DNA from: Xylographa opegraphella
Taxonomy: Eukaryota
Assembly (NCBI GenBank): GCA_022813865.1
Contig: JALDZX010000095.1
Span: forward strand, 1 to 46,778
Reading direction: 5' to 3'
DNA: 46,778 bases
Both the position numbers and the translations under genes were made by a program. The notes under the pieces are model-generated. The model saw only the letters and a program-made list of their open reading frames with translations, made no database searches and was not told where the DNA came from. The first letter of the stretch is position 1, and each line of letters opens with the position of its first letter. Positions 10,716 through 23,671 of the stretch are shown here, piece by piece.

Positions 10716-13700
10716 GATAGCTAATGCCGATCAGAAATACAGGAATTGATTTCAGACCTTGAAAGCTTCATTGCAGTGCTATGCAATTAAGATATTCAAA
10801 CCCTACTGTGGATGGCTTGGATGGAGTACACGCGCGTCTGATGGACGTAGCAGCGTCGTCATTGAGGGCCCATTCTTGTTACACCATCACGCAGCGTCCC
10901 GTACTGTTGAAAGCCATGCCAGATTCGCCTGGAAGCTCACATTGATAATGATTTCAAACAGGTGCATAACTACTTTATTCTGACTACACCACATTGACCA
11001 CGTATACCGGAAAAATGTAGTTGCATACCCCGACACATGGTATCGCGTCTCCTACCTACCTGAGCTACCTTACGGAATGCTTCGAGTATCCTCAGATGCC
11101 ATTTTGAAGTGCTTCACAAAACTTAGGAATATTAGGAGGCTGCTTTATCGACCACGTTATACCAGATACATTCGATTCAACATGAGCAGAAATGCAATAT
11201 TTGTTGAAAGTACTGTCCATCTGTCCTATTTGCTTGCTGAGCCGTCCTATCGAAATAAGAAAACCTGCTTACTGCAGGAATGGAGATTCGATGTTCTGGT
11301 AAAGTCTGGCATTAGTCGTCTAAGCATCGGTGGTTTGTGCCTGGGAAAATGATTGGTACAATCTCTGAGATTTGATTATCCAGGTCATCATGCGCTATCA
11401 GACCAGCTTTCAGCCCAGAACGATTGGACTCTGAGCCAATACAGCGCTGCAAAGTAGGGCAGATTACTCTCCTACTCTGAGATACCGGAGTGCGGTGCCA
11501 TATCTGTGCGTATATTCTCAGGATACCATGTATGCCGTGCACACTCTTAGTAAGACCGCGCCTTCGAACAGCCATGACCTTCTGCGCCTGGTCATGTCAC
11601 GTAGATATTGCTACTTGTTCCTGCCTGTGCTGTACGCGTATCTTTACCTTCTCAATATCTGAATCATGTTCTCTTGTGGTATTCTCACGGATTGCTGTAG
11701 CTAAGGCATATATATTAAACTCAAGACTCGTGTATCTTCAATTGCAGCACCCGAGATGTAGCATGCAGATATCCAAACTTCTTCTATAGAATTTGTTTAA
11801 GGAAGGTTACGAGCCATCGCGTTACTTCATAAGCTACGCAGAGATCAGAGACAGCACGACCGGCCCTTGGGACCAGGCCACTCCAGCACCCGCTCAGTCC
11901 GTATGGTCTGAGATTCACGATATAGCACTCCTACATCTATCCGACGTCCACTTGCAGATGAAGAGGACTAAGGTAGTTGATGCCTCAATCACCTATCAGT
12001 AGCTTACCCATTGTGACTCCAGTGTCAACCCTGACCCCAGTGCTGAGTTCTAGTCGAAGGCCTAGGGACAATCCCGGGATTCAATTAACTCATCTCGAAC
12101 TGAATCTCTGAGTCACATGCAGAAAGTATCAGGTCGCTGCAACAACTCATATTTGATCAGCTCGGTAAACTTCGACTCCGGTCTTCTAAAGCTGGTGATT
12201 TTCGGCTTGTGTCAGTCAGAGATGAGGTACCGCAACACCCTTACTTATCACCAACTCGATGAGCAGATTTTACGAACCCCGGCAATTCTGCCATACGTTT
12301 GCTGAAGCACAGTTCCATCTGCCGTTCACTATCTCGACGTGAAGTACCCAGGGCAACTCAAGCAATATGAGCATTGAATAGAATCACACTCCGCAGAGGA
12401 TCGTTGGGTGCTGGTACCTTTGAATTGCCTAAGAGCAGCTACGTGAAGTGAGTAGACATGAACGCCCGGTTACTGGGATGCTAAAACCACTTCAGGATCT
12501 TGGAGTGAAGATGGATGGTCAGCCTACAATACTCCAGACCTCTTGTATCAACGAATCTTACTCCCTATGTGTCAGTCCGTGAATAGTATCATGATTGTTC
12601 CAGCTGAGAATTTTTAATGTAACATCAAGGACGAATCTGAGCGACACGCCGAAGCTGGAAGTCAAAGACGGGGAAGCGTAAGCGTCCTATCATAGTGGAG
12701 TACCCGAATTCACTTAACACTAGTGGTATCCCGGCGGATTTACATGATTCCGGCTCCACCAGTAAAGCTGATATATGGCAGCTACATATGCTATTCTGCA
12801 GCAGAAACGGCGCACACACAAGAAAAAAGCAAAGTGCTCTACGAACAGGAACCAGGATATGCTCATTGAGATATCCTCTGTCACGAAAATGGGCACAACC
12901 CGATACCAAAATTATCATGGGTCTTGATACAATCCGGAACGAGGCAAAACCAACAATAACGCAACTCCCTGAAGTACAAGTCAGATGTATTCGCTCATCT
13001 TGCCAAATAGGACTATCTTGGAATGGGGGATAATATCTCGGGTGTTCATGGAGAACATGGAGGATACACTGAGCGGACTTGCTCGACAAGCTAGAAGACG
13101 AAGGAGTTAGATTCAGGTGTATCAGGTGCATTAATTCTATCATGGCCCGGTCGCCTCAGCGATTGCACACCGGTACGCTGAAGCGGCCTAAATCGAGGCT
13201 TCCTCTGGCGATACGACTTCAATTATCTTTGATTAATGGCAGCCGACCTATCGCTCCTGTGCAGAAAAATTTGGGTAGGTGATAGAATATCGTTGAGCTA
13301 AAATACAGAGCTGTGTCGAAGAGCGGACGCCTTTTTCCTTGACACCCAGAACGCAGCACTTTAGGGACCTTGATTAGGAATGTCGTCAGTACATCGAAAA
13401 GGTTTGCGGTGACTGTTGAGCAAAACTTGGAAACGTCGTCATAGCAGAAACGGGTATGCAAAGGACCACTACAGAGCTCCCAGGTCAGATCCAAGCTTTG
13501 GTGGTGAAGAACAAGCAGACTGGGTTCGGATCGAGGCTGGTAGGCGGCGTGCTCGCGAGCGCGGCCGGGAGCAATAGCAGAATTCAGCGGGAGAGAGGAA
13601 TCTTCAAGATAGGTAGTCTATGTTGTTTCGTCTGCTTGATAGCAAGGTTGCTTTGGGAAGTGTACCAGCTCATGTTTGGGCTGATCACCTATCCGGTCAC

Positions 13701-14559
13701 CGGTAGAATGTAATGAATGTATATTATCGAGCACATTCGTGAACGCACGAGGCAGTCGGCTTCCCAGATGTCCTCGCTTCCCATTCACCAAGGTGTATGA
13801 CAATATGCGGTCACAAGAAGCGGCTAAATGCGAGCCGCAATACGCAGCTTACAGCACGCCATCCATACGGTGGTAAGGTAAGGGACCTTATATTACGTTA
13901 TGCTGAATGCAGGGTCCAGTTGTTCCGACTTCGAAGGGCCGTCGGCCGGAGCCGCATGACACCTTTGGGTGGCGGTGCTTGACCAGGGAATAATACCGTA
14001 CTCGTCCCTGAAAAGCCAAGCTTTCAGTGTGCATCCCTCCATGACGCCGTTCACGGTATTTGTTGTCGAATTATCCTAGTCCCACGTGGTCCCGAGCGGA
14101 ACAAGAAGGTAGGTCTCCGGTCATCAATACAAGTAGGAATGGATCCTCGACATCACGGTCAGGGCATCGCTGTTTACCGGTGTATCACATGTCAATCGTC
14201 CCTCCCCCGGACCCACGGCGTTCAGTGAGATTGTTGGAGGGTATTTGAATGAATACGGTGTACGCCGAACTCTTTCCAGAAGGCAAAATCCCACCGACAT
14301 TGCGTTTACCCTCTGTAGGTGTGAGCTCTCTCGCGGGTTGGAGTACTTCAATGCGATTGCTTACTGTGTCAGGATAGTTTCTTTCATCGACCGCGGCCAC
14401 GCAGATTCGGTGGCTACCTTACTGCGCTGTGTCACCTCCGACTCGAGCGGCCAGATGATTAAGTAGCACCTACCATCATTCTGCCACGTCTCTCTGTGCG
14501 GACTCTGGCCATATCTTTGCGGACTCTCCGTCACTTTTCATCCTTCTATCTCGGCCTTG

Positions 14560-15036
14560 ATGATGCATCCCGCTCTTACCACAAACTACCTTATTCCCGC
14601 CATTCTCCTGAACCCGGTCCTCTTCCTTCACAGCCTCAACACACTCCTCTCGCGTATACTGCCGCCAATAGTGGCCGCCGGACCCATACAACCATCCCCA
14701 TACTCAACCCTGGGGCCTTCTGCAAATTACCCTCATCTTGATGTTCATGCCTCGGATAATCTTTGTTGGAGCTACACCGCAGTGATGGTTTGCGCCCAAT
14801 TAGTTGCATTCGGCCGTGTAAGTCAAGCGCGGGAAGAGGGCCGAGAGCGCAAAGAAAGGAAAAGGGAACGGGAAGAGCGGGGGAAAGCGCTCAACATATC
14901 AAATTTGGGAGAGGACAAGCAAGCAAAGGGTGGCCACCGGTTGGAGAACGGTTCCACGATACATGTCGCGATTGATGAACAAAGACCTGTTATGGGAGAC
15001 GACTCAGAAGGGACGGAAGAGGAGATTATTCTCTAA
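14560..15036 (+). CDS. Hypothetical membrane protein (hydrophobic N-terminus, one TM, charged C-terminus)
   Basis: Single-exon 158-aa ORF from ATG 14560 with hydrophobic LCWSYTAVMVCAQLVAFGRV followed by an Arg/Glu-rich coil. Confidence 0.7.
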   Translation: MMHPALTTNYLIPAILLNPVLFLHSLNTLLSRILPPIVAAGPIQPSPYSTLGPSANYPHLDVHASDNLCWSYTAVMVCAQLVAFGRVSQAREEGRERKERKREREERGKALNISNLGEDKQAKGGHRLENGSTIHVAIDEQRPVMGDDSEGTEEEIIL

Positions 15037-15720
15037 CGACAAGTCATACTTGGGAAGATGCACCGAGCATATCACACAGTCAAGCTATTATGTCGCATTG
15101 GGAGGCTACGGATTTGCATAAACATTTGGCTTCTGTGGACCACAAGGGCTCTTGTCTTTGCGATGTAGGTCATTGAAGGGATACGCAAATTCCAGCATGC
15201 TTCATTAAGAACAGTATGGTTATCTTTTGCGTAGTAGCCGTATATGCCATGCCTCCCACGAAGCACTATGTCCACGACAAATAGCCTTCAATGTACTGGC
15301 ACGCCTGAAAGATCAACGATGAACCAAACCGTATTGATTCTTCCAACGTCGCCAATAGACACTGCCATTCACAAATAACGCAATAGCGATTCGTTGCCCT
15401 TGGGGAAACGTGAAATTATTCTCGGGTGAGAGAGAGCAGCGTATCAGGTTTCCAAAGGGAGCCCTCGACGTCATCTGCCGATGCCCGTTTAGGTTAAGCC
15501 CGCCAAACCCATTTCACATGCACGTCTGGATCTGCGACAACATCGCATAGCTACCTTACTCATTCCCGACCGGTAGCTGGAGACACTTATCATTCTGCAT
15601 ATATTTCTAAGTGGATACCGTCATTGAGAGGTGTTTTGTATACAGGTCTCTTGGCACTGGTTATCGGCCTTGACTAACAGGTACAGGACCGCTATCTCTC
15701 ACCCTATCCCTTTGTCAACC

Positions 15721-16851
15721 ATGTCCTATGCCGCAGCTGCTGCGAAGGGCCCGAAGCAATCCCCAGAAGAAGTGCGTTGCTCGCAGCTTGGTTGTGTTGA
15801 CGTGTACCTTGAGCTAATCTTTCCTACAGGCGTACGTTAAGCCAATTTCCATTCCCAACTCATCCCGAAGCTCCAAACGTTCGTTATAAAGTGGCATATC
15901 ATAGGCAGCTTGTGCATGAAGACAGAGACACTCTGCTTTTGGGTTCTACTAAGTGATAGCGAGTGATTCGCGTCCTCATTGTTTCCAAATCCGGCAGACA
16001 GTTCTTGCGCTCTGACATCACGTGTCCGAACAGGCGTGCTCCACCCCCTCCAGAAGTTGCCCACGAAGAAGCTTCCGTCGGATCGCTTGTCGATGTCGAC
16101 TCACCCCACGTCGCCTCTGTTTCGTCCGACTACTCTGGTAAAACCCAAACCCAGGTAGAGCGTGAAGAGCGCGAGGCGGAGGACGCTGAACGGGAGGCCC
16201 GGGAAAAGTTCAACCAGGTATCCGAAGAGGCCTCGCAGAGGTACGAGAAGGACAAGAAAGAAGCATCAGAAAAGGGCAAGGAGCTGAAGAAGGAAGTATC
16301 AGCAAAGGGAAAAGAGGTAGAAGCCGATGCTGAAGAAGTTGGGCACGATGTCGGTGAAGCGTCTAAGGATGCTAAGCACGATTTGAGCGAGAAGGGCAAG
16401 GCAGCACGGCAGAAAGCGAGAGAAGCTGGTCATGACGCGAATGAGAAGGCGAAGATCGCAGGGCGGAAGACAAAGGAAGCTGCACACGATATGAACGAGC
16501 GGGCGCAGGAAGCGGGACACGAGCTCAATGAGAACCGGGACAACCCGGTTGTGATTGCGAATGCGTTGATCATCGGCCTCGGGTCAGCGTTCGTGGGGTA
16601 TAAGTCTCCAGATAGCTGACAGGCTTCACCGGACTGACGGTGAACCAGATTCGGTGCCTACAAGAAATACCAAGCCGGCGAGCTCAACTGGCAAGTCGGA
16701 GGGTTCTGGGCCGGAGCAATCGGGCTGTTCGCGCTCGGCGACTACTACATGAGCCAGTGGGTGATCCTGAGGTCCCGAGAGAGACACTGTACGCTTCGCT
16801 GACACGACTGGTGGCAGGTATCTTTTCAAGAACAAATACCCACGCAAGTAG
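15721..16851 (+). CDS. OM14-like mitochondrial outer membrane protein with a central LEA-like charged repeat region
   Basis: Exons 15721-15771, 15830-15831 (2 nt), 16034-16597, 16649-16756 and 16818-16851 give MSYAAAAAKGPKQSPEEARAPPPPE...DNPVVIANALII..GFGAYKKYQAGELNWQVGGFWAGAIGLFALGDYYMSQYLFKNKYPRK. The C-terminus resembles the OM14 C-terminal domain (from recall). Confidence 0.8.
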
Positions 16852-17471
16852 ATTCGGCGAGCTAACCCGAAGAGGCCTGCACGGAAGGTAGATTTCGGCG
16901 AGCCTCCAAGGGTTCGCCCGGAGAGAGTTGTTTGTGTTGGCTTGGTCGTCGATAGCACATCTCATCTGTGGCCCTCATTTCGTGGACTCCTCTACTCAGC
17001 GAGAAGGCGTGTGTGTGGTCCTCTGTATTTAGCTGTATATGTAATTTCTGGCGGACAAGGAATCGACTTCGTTGATTGTGATTTTATTTTAAATGGAAAG
17101 ACGTTGTCGGTAGGGGATCCGATTGACTGTCGATATAAGAGTTCTGGTCAGGCCTAGAGAGAGGTTTCGGGATGTTACCGACTTATGAATCTACAGTCGC
17201 CACGACCTTACTGCATATGAAAAGATCAAAGAGTCATGCCAAGTCCGCTTGATTAAAAAGTATTCTGACAAGTCTATCTGGTTCTATGAAGAAACGACAA
17301 CCCGGCTCGGACGAATTCACCGGTGCCTTTTTTTATGATCGTGGTGGTGGATCACCCATGCAGAACTATTTTACACATTATCGTCGTACGAGCACACCCC
17401 AACACGGAACTAGCCACGCAATCTATGCGCTCCCCGAAAGCAGGCCCCCATGCGAACTCGTCTCTCCTCAG

Positions 17472-17497
17472 CCTCCTCCTCCTCCTCCTCCTCCTCC
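17472..17497 (+). repeat. (CCT)8 microsatellite
   Basis: Perfect CCT run just downstream of the stop codon of the minus-strand secreted gene. Confidence 0.9.
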
Positions 17498-17516
17498 AGT
17501 CCTCACCCGCTCATCA

Positions 17517-18614
17517 TCAACACGACGGCAGCACCTTGAACGTGATCGGCACACACCCCGGCGTCTGGTCGGACGAAAAGATGACCCCTCCGCCCGCATC
17601 GACGAGGCCCATGCAAATCTCAAACAGCGTCTGGGTCCCGTCGACGCACTGAAGGGTGCTCGCGGGCGTGACGCTGCAGGTGGCGGGCGCGTAGCCGAAG
17701 GCGGCAATGTCGGCTTGGGTGTTGAAGTAGAGCAGGAAGGCGTCGGGGCCGGCGTCGGAGTTGGCGATGTAGCCGTTGGCGGAGAGGGCGCCGGCGGTGG
17801 AGAGGTCGAGGACGGTGGCGGCGGAGGGGTCGGCGACGAAGTAGATGACGTCGTCGTCGGCGCCGTCGCCCGAATCGGCGACCTGGGCGTAGAGGCCGTC
17901 GATGGCGAAGCCGTTGGTGTCGTCGCCGCCTCCGACGGCTTGCAGCGTGAAGCTGCTGCACTGGGCGGGAGCGGTGGTGGTCGCGGTTGCGGAGGCATCA
18001 GGGACGACGGAGGTGTAGGTGATGGTCACGGTGGTGGAGGGCGCAGGGACGGTGGTTTGCGCGGCGGTGACGCCGATGCAGGAGCACGCGCTCGAGTAGC
18101 CGGCGGCGCCGGAGCAGGCGGATGCGTAGGTCGGGATGCTGGAGGGTTCGACAGTCACCTGGCGGGGTTCGATCGAAGCGGAGGGGTGCCGGACCAGAGC
18201 GGCGGCATCGTAACGCTTCTTCAGAGGGGCGGCCGTGCTGGGCGGGGGCGGAACGGCGGCGGTGGGGGAGTCAGCAGCGGGCATGGTCGTTGTGACAAAG
18301 GCCGTGGCCGTGGCCGTGATCGTGCTGGAGCCGTTGCCATTAGCAAGAGTGGTAGTCATGCGGGGAATCTCGATGCCTACGTAGTCGCTGGTGTGACGGT
18401 GGTCATGAAGTACGAGGAGCAATCAGCGGTGCCATGTCTGGATGGGAAGGCGGTGGCCCGAACCGCTCGTAGGCCTGCTCATTGTGAGTTGAAATTTTCC
18501 CACGCACGGGGTCGAGACATGGGGCCTACAGTTGTTCGCGTTGCACGCGGTCGACGTCGGCGCTGCAGCAGCTCCCACTGCTATGAGTGCCAGGGTGAAG
18601 AATGTCGACAGCAT
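17517..18614 (-). CDS. Secreted Ser/Thr-rich cell-surface protein with CNANNCLRAV and YASACSGxxxYSSACSC motifs
   Basis: Signal peptide MLSTFFTLALIAVGAAA; exons 18614-18530, 18474-18381 and 18324-17517 join in frame. Thr-rich linkers, a KKR site, and an acidic Cys-containing C-terminal domain. Confidence 0.88.
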
Positions 18615-20866
18615 GGTGGATGAGGAGCCGAGTCAGGAAGGTTGGAGGTGGGAGTGCTCGGTGTACACTTGACAGTCCTGGAGTCCGGGTAGGCCTCTGG
18701 GCAGCGTGCGTCCTTTATATCGCCCATAGCTGGGAATGGTTGACGGCTACTTTTCTGCCGACTAGCTCATAGCAAGAGGCCTAAAGCGTACCGACCTTAG
18801 CAGTAATAATAGAAAGGCAAGGTCGCATGGCCCTGAACTTGGAAGGTTCCTCTGCATTTAGTGGCATCGAAGTAGCGTAGGACAGGGCCGGGTTCGACCC
18901 GAGTCCAGGGCTCTGACACATCATACATGCGGGTCAACGAAGGGCATCATCTCTTTCGCCGTCGATGCTTCGGCCCAGATCCACGACGGTGGGCATGAGC
19001 AATAATTGGGGCCCATCATGCTGGTGGTGCCGGCAGTTGTAGGTAAGTAGATCCGTGTCGCTCGGATCGAGGGAGATAAGATTCGGTTCAATAGGTAATG
19101 ACGGTAATTCGGGCTTGGGTTGAAGCCCCTTTTATGCCCAGTACTGGTAGACTAACCTAAGGTGGCTTAAGGTAAGGTACTTCGTATTTCCCTACCGACC
19201 TTACTGTGGTAGCTCCGAGTTACACAGTAGTACCACAGTACTTTGAGGTATGCTGCCTGAATACCTTATCCCAGACATCGGGTATGGCACGACAGGGGGC
19301 TCTCGCTTGGCATTCCGAATGAGGCACAACGCTTTCTTGGCTGCATCATGCTGCTACGCATCCGTACTGTACCTATTTTAAGGTACCCTACAGTACGGCA
19401 CTCTGTGGTCGAGGCAGCATCGCGTTTAGGTACGGTTGCTAATCTGATCAGTGCCTTACCTCAAGGTACAACTCCGAATGGTGCATAAAGCGATCCAGCG
19501 CGAAGACATCCCAAAGACCGGCCTCCCATCCCCTGTCGGCTTCCCACGAGACCGGCAGACGGGGAGACTGGCTAGTAGCTACCCAAACGTTCACCGGCCT
19601 CCCCCTGCTGCCACCTTAACGTCGTGCGCCTACCCGAGTCCTCGCCTAGAGCCGACCGGCGAGCTGACGCGGCACGAGCTTGGTGGGCCTTAGAGTTCGA
19701 ATAGCCTTCAGATCTGGGACAGGTTCGGGAATAAACGTGCAATCGCGCTGGAGATAGAGTTCCGGGAGGAGCGATGTGCAGTATGCAATTGGCTGCGTCA
19801 CGAGATATTCATTCTGATTCGTTAGGTCTACGTACCTTGGACAGACAAGTCCTCGATCGTCGGTATTGAAGTCTCCATTACCAGCAGGCTGAGCTGTACT
19901 TCGGCCATCGTGGGCTCAAAGGCACTTGGCCATGACCGGGAGAATGCAAGTACCGATATGAATATCTATCTCCCCCACCTGCAACGCAAGGCTCCCCTCA
20001 TCCAACTCGGCCGAGGATAGCTTCGTAAGCGACCTTCCAGTCCCTGCTCGTGATGTATGGGCTTCTGGAGCGAGCGGAAGAGACTGTAGGCCATCATGTG
20101 TACAGCAGGCGTCGTGTGGAAATCAGGGACGCACTCGAGAACCGAGAAGACCCATTCGCATCTGCCGCCCGCGAGACATGTCGATTGGGCCGCTTCCACG
20201 CCGTACGAACTCACTACCAAGGCAACCATAGTTGGAAGCTCTGCACATGCAGCGGCAGCAATGAAGTGTCTCGGAAGTCGGACGAATTTCCAATCAAGTA
20301 GCTTGTCGTCATGCGCCTTGGTGAATTCAGACCACACTCGCCTCCCTCAGCACCGATATTACAATATGGTCCAGTTTCCGGCCGCTCACTACACCCGACC
20401 ATGCATACAAGGACGCTCGATCAGAAGCCGGCTTTTAGACAGGCCAACTGTCAACTCAGGACAACAAACGAGCAGTAGCATGGGACGAAATCGATGGAAC
20501 GGTCTACGTGCAGCTTTCTTACCAAGGTCGGAAAGAGATAGGAAGTGAAGCGGAGCTTAACTGAATCTCTACCCAGATGAGAGACTCGTCACAGGAGTCA
20601 TTGCTAATGGTTGACTTTGGTTGCGGTAGATTTGACATCATTACCATTACAACCGGTTGCCTATGTTATCAAGTAGCATCACTCATATCTGCCAACCTGT
20701 TTTGCTGCCTTCTACATATTATGCACAAGTAAACCAATAACGAGTAGACGATATTGCACACAAATTCGGACCGAGTAGCAAACCGAGACGGATAGGCGAG
20801 AGAGGGGAGCGGGTCTATAAAGAGAGACTGAACAGTGTAACGTTAGATCAAGCTCCTCGTTTGAGG

Positions 20867-20891
20867 CTTCTTCTTCTTCTTCTTCTTCTTC
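20867..20891 (+). repeat. (CTT)8 microsatellite
   Basis: Perfect CTT run in intergenic DNA, about 45 bp after a TATAAAAG box. Confidence 0.9.
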
Positions 20892-21848
20892 AAAACCCTA
20901 CAACTGGGCATGCGACGGCCTGAACATGGATACCATGCGTCTGCCCAGTAATCAATAACAATGACAATCCCAGCATCAAGCAGAAGCATCCGAAATAGCA
21001 AAAGGACTCGCAACGCGTGTTGGAAAACAGGGCCAGTACAAAGTACCTACGCATCCCGATGTGGGAGCTTCTGAAAATAAGAATGAACGACCGGGCAGTT
21101 GATGAGCTGAATTAATTATTGGCACTGAATTTGGCGGGCGATAAAGCCGCCCAAAGGCGGCGACAAAGGAACGAACGTTTCACCTGATAGGAGGAACTGG
21201 GCGGGTACAGCATATGGGTAAAGTCCAGTAACTACATACCTACATAAGGGCGACAACTGCAGCGAGGGAGATTGGGAATGCTTGAGTAGCAGCCGTTTAG
21301 GTAAGGGTCAACCCTAGCGGTACGATCCCCCAAGGTGGTTAGCGTGCTTTGTGAATTCTTAGCCGACTCCTAATTTCTGAACGGCCATCCTACGCTTCAA
21401 GCATCACGTACATCCTTTGAACAGGTAAGGTCGAGCAAGCGCCGGTGTCTTCTTCAGGAAATCTTGCCACATGAACCAGCAATCACAATAGCAGCCATAG
21501 TCACGCTTTTCCAATCGCCGGCAACTTGTCAATTACCCATCTTCCGTGTTTTGTCCCCTTTCGACTCACGACCTCTGAGGCCCAAGGTATCTTTCGATAT
21601 CGAATACTAACTTCTGCCATCTCATTAGCTTCCTGAAAGTGGAAAATCACGTCAAGTCACTCGTTGAGATCCACAGCTGCTACATTTTCCGGTGAGTTCA
21701 TCACGTATTCACAGTCGATTGCCCCTTCCGCGCTTGGTATACTTGCTCAGCCGTTGCCATACGTTCGTTGGCTAACTTCGTGTGCGAAGGAATCGCTTAC
21801 ATCTCGAAGAAGGCGCTCGTTCAAAGAACTCTACACTGCTGCGTTATA

Positions 21849-23671
21849 ATGGGTAAGAAATGAAAGCTTTCCTGAGACATCACTCTCTCTTCCCTTTCAT
21901 CACACAACATACATCCAATCTCGAGGACACTTTTGGGGTGCAGACGCTTTTCTCGAGAATCTTTTCATAGATGACTTTCAATATGAGAATATCGTCTGTC
22001 CAGGAACTCCAGAACCTAAAGGTTACCTTCGGCCCTGTTCCATATACTGGTAACTACGCAAGACCAAAATCTCTCGACATTTCATCAACGTTCCCTGTCG
22101 CTCCGAACCCTTCTAAAAGCCATCGTATAGCTAATGCGTCATTTCATCCAGCTACCAATGGTCCTTTACCGGCCGCGCCCTTAAGACCTTCACCGGCTCC
22201 TCAGCATTCCCAAGGTCCACCTGTGCCTAATGGCAAGCCATCCTCTCCATTCGTTGAACGTAACAACTCTATGGGACCGAATCCTCAGATTGCAGCGCAA
22301 ACTGTGAGCTCTAAGGATCCCAAGGTTGCCGCCCAACAGGCGAGTGATATGAGGAATGTCGTTCGAAGGAAGCTCACCGGTTACGTTGGGTTTGCGAATC
22401 TTCCAAACCAATGGCACCGGAAAAGTGTTCGAAAAGGCTTCAACTTCAACGTTATGGTAGTTGGTATGTACCGTCGAGGATGACGATTCTCGTTCTTTAA
22501 GCACGACTGACTCCTGCCTAGGCGAGTCTGGCCTCGGAAAATCAACGCTGGTCAATACGCTGTTCAACACGTCCCTTTACCCTCCAAAGGAGCGCAAGGG
22601 ACCAAGCCTCGATATCATTCCAAAAACAGTTTCTATCCAGTCCATAAGCGCTGACATTGAGGAGAATGGGGTTCGTCTACGTTTAACGGTGGTAGATACT
22701 CCAGGGTTTGGTGATTTCGTAAACAATGATGATTCCTGGCGCCCTATTGTCGAGAACATCGAGCAGCGATTCGACGCTTATCTTGAGGCTGAAAACAAGG
22801 TCAACAGAATGAATATCGTGGATAACCGCGTGCATGCATGCGTATACTTTATTCAACCCACAGGCCATTCTCTCAAGCCTCTTGATATCGAAGTAATGCG
22901 ACGGCTACATACCAAGGTCAATCTAATTCCCGTCATCGCTAAAGCCGACACATTGACAGACGAGGAGATTGCGATGTTCAAGGAGAGAGTGAGTGTACAG
23001 TGGCCTGCACCTGAAATTCCAACTAACCAGCTTAGATCTTGAACGATATTCACCATCATTCTATACAGATCTTCGAGGGACCTCGTTACGAGCTAGACGA
23101 TGAAGAGACTATTGCAGAAAATCAGGAAATTATGTCCAAAGTGCCTTTCGCAGTTGTTGGCGCAAACACCGAGGTCACAAGTCCAGAAGGGCGTAAAGTC
23201 CGTGGCCGTCGCTATCCATGGGGTGTGATTGAAGTCGACAACGAAGAACATTGTGATTTTGTCAAGCTACGTCAAATGCTAATCCGTACACACATGGAGG
23301 AACTGAAAGAACATACCAACAATTCTCTCTACGAAAATTATCGGTCTGATAAACTTACGCAAATGGGTGTGGCCCAGGACCCTAGTGTGTTCAAGGAAGT
23401 TAACCCTGCGGTCAAGCAAGAAGAAGAACGTACTCTTCACGAGCAAAAATTGCAGAAAATGGAATCTGAGATGAAGATGGTCTTCCAACAGAAAGTTGCT
23501 GAGAAAGAGAGCAAGTTGAAGCAGAGTGAGGAAGAGCTATATGCAAGACATCGTGAGATGAAGGACCAGCTGGAGAGACAGCGAGCAGATCTGGAGGAGA
23601 AAAAGCAGCGTGTCGAGAGCGGCCGACCAATAGAGGAAAAGGGCAAGAGAAAGGGATTTTCTCTCCGCTGA
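21849..23671 (+). CDS. CDC3: Septin Cdc3/AspB
   Basis: [43 protein letters not shown] (P-loop), DTPGFGD, AKAD, the septin unique element YPWG...HCDFVKLR, a coiled coil and C-terminal [10 protein letters not shown]. First coding exon ATGG at 21849-21852, intron to 22151, then two further introns. Confidence 0.95.

Noticed and set aside
15916..16016. C/D-box snoRNA in intron 2 of the OM14-like gene
   Set aside because: Box C is imperfect (ATGAAGA), the CTGA coincides with the branch site, and there is no convincing terminal stem or guide.
17286..18623. 445-aa Gly-rich plus-strand ORF
   Set aside because: Antisense shadow of the GC-rich minus-strand secreted gene, which has a signal peptide and proper introns.
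18860..18910. tRNA-like GGGTTCGACCC motif (also GGTTCGA near 44105)
   Set aside because: No 5-bp T stem with a 7-nt loop and no cloverleaf.
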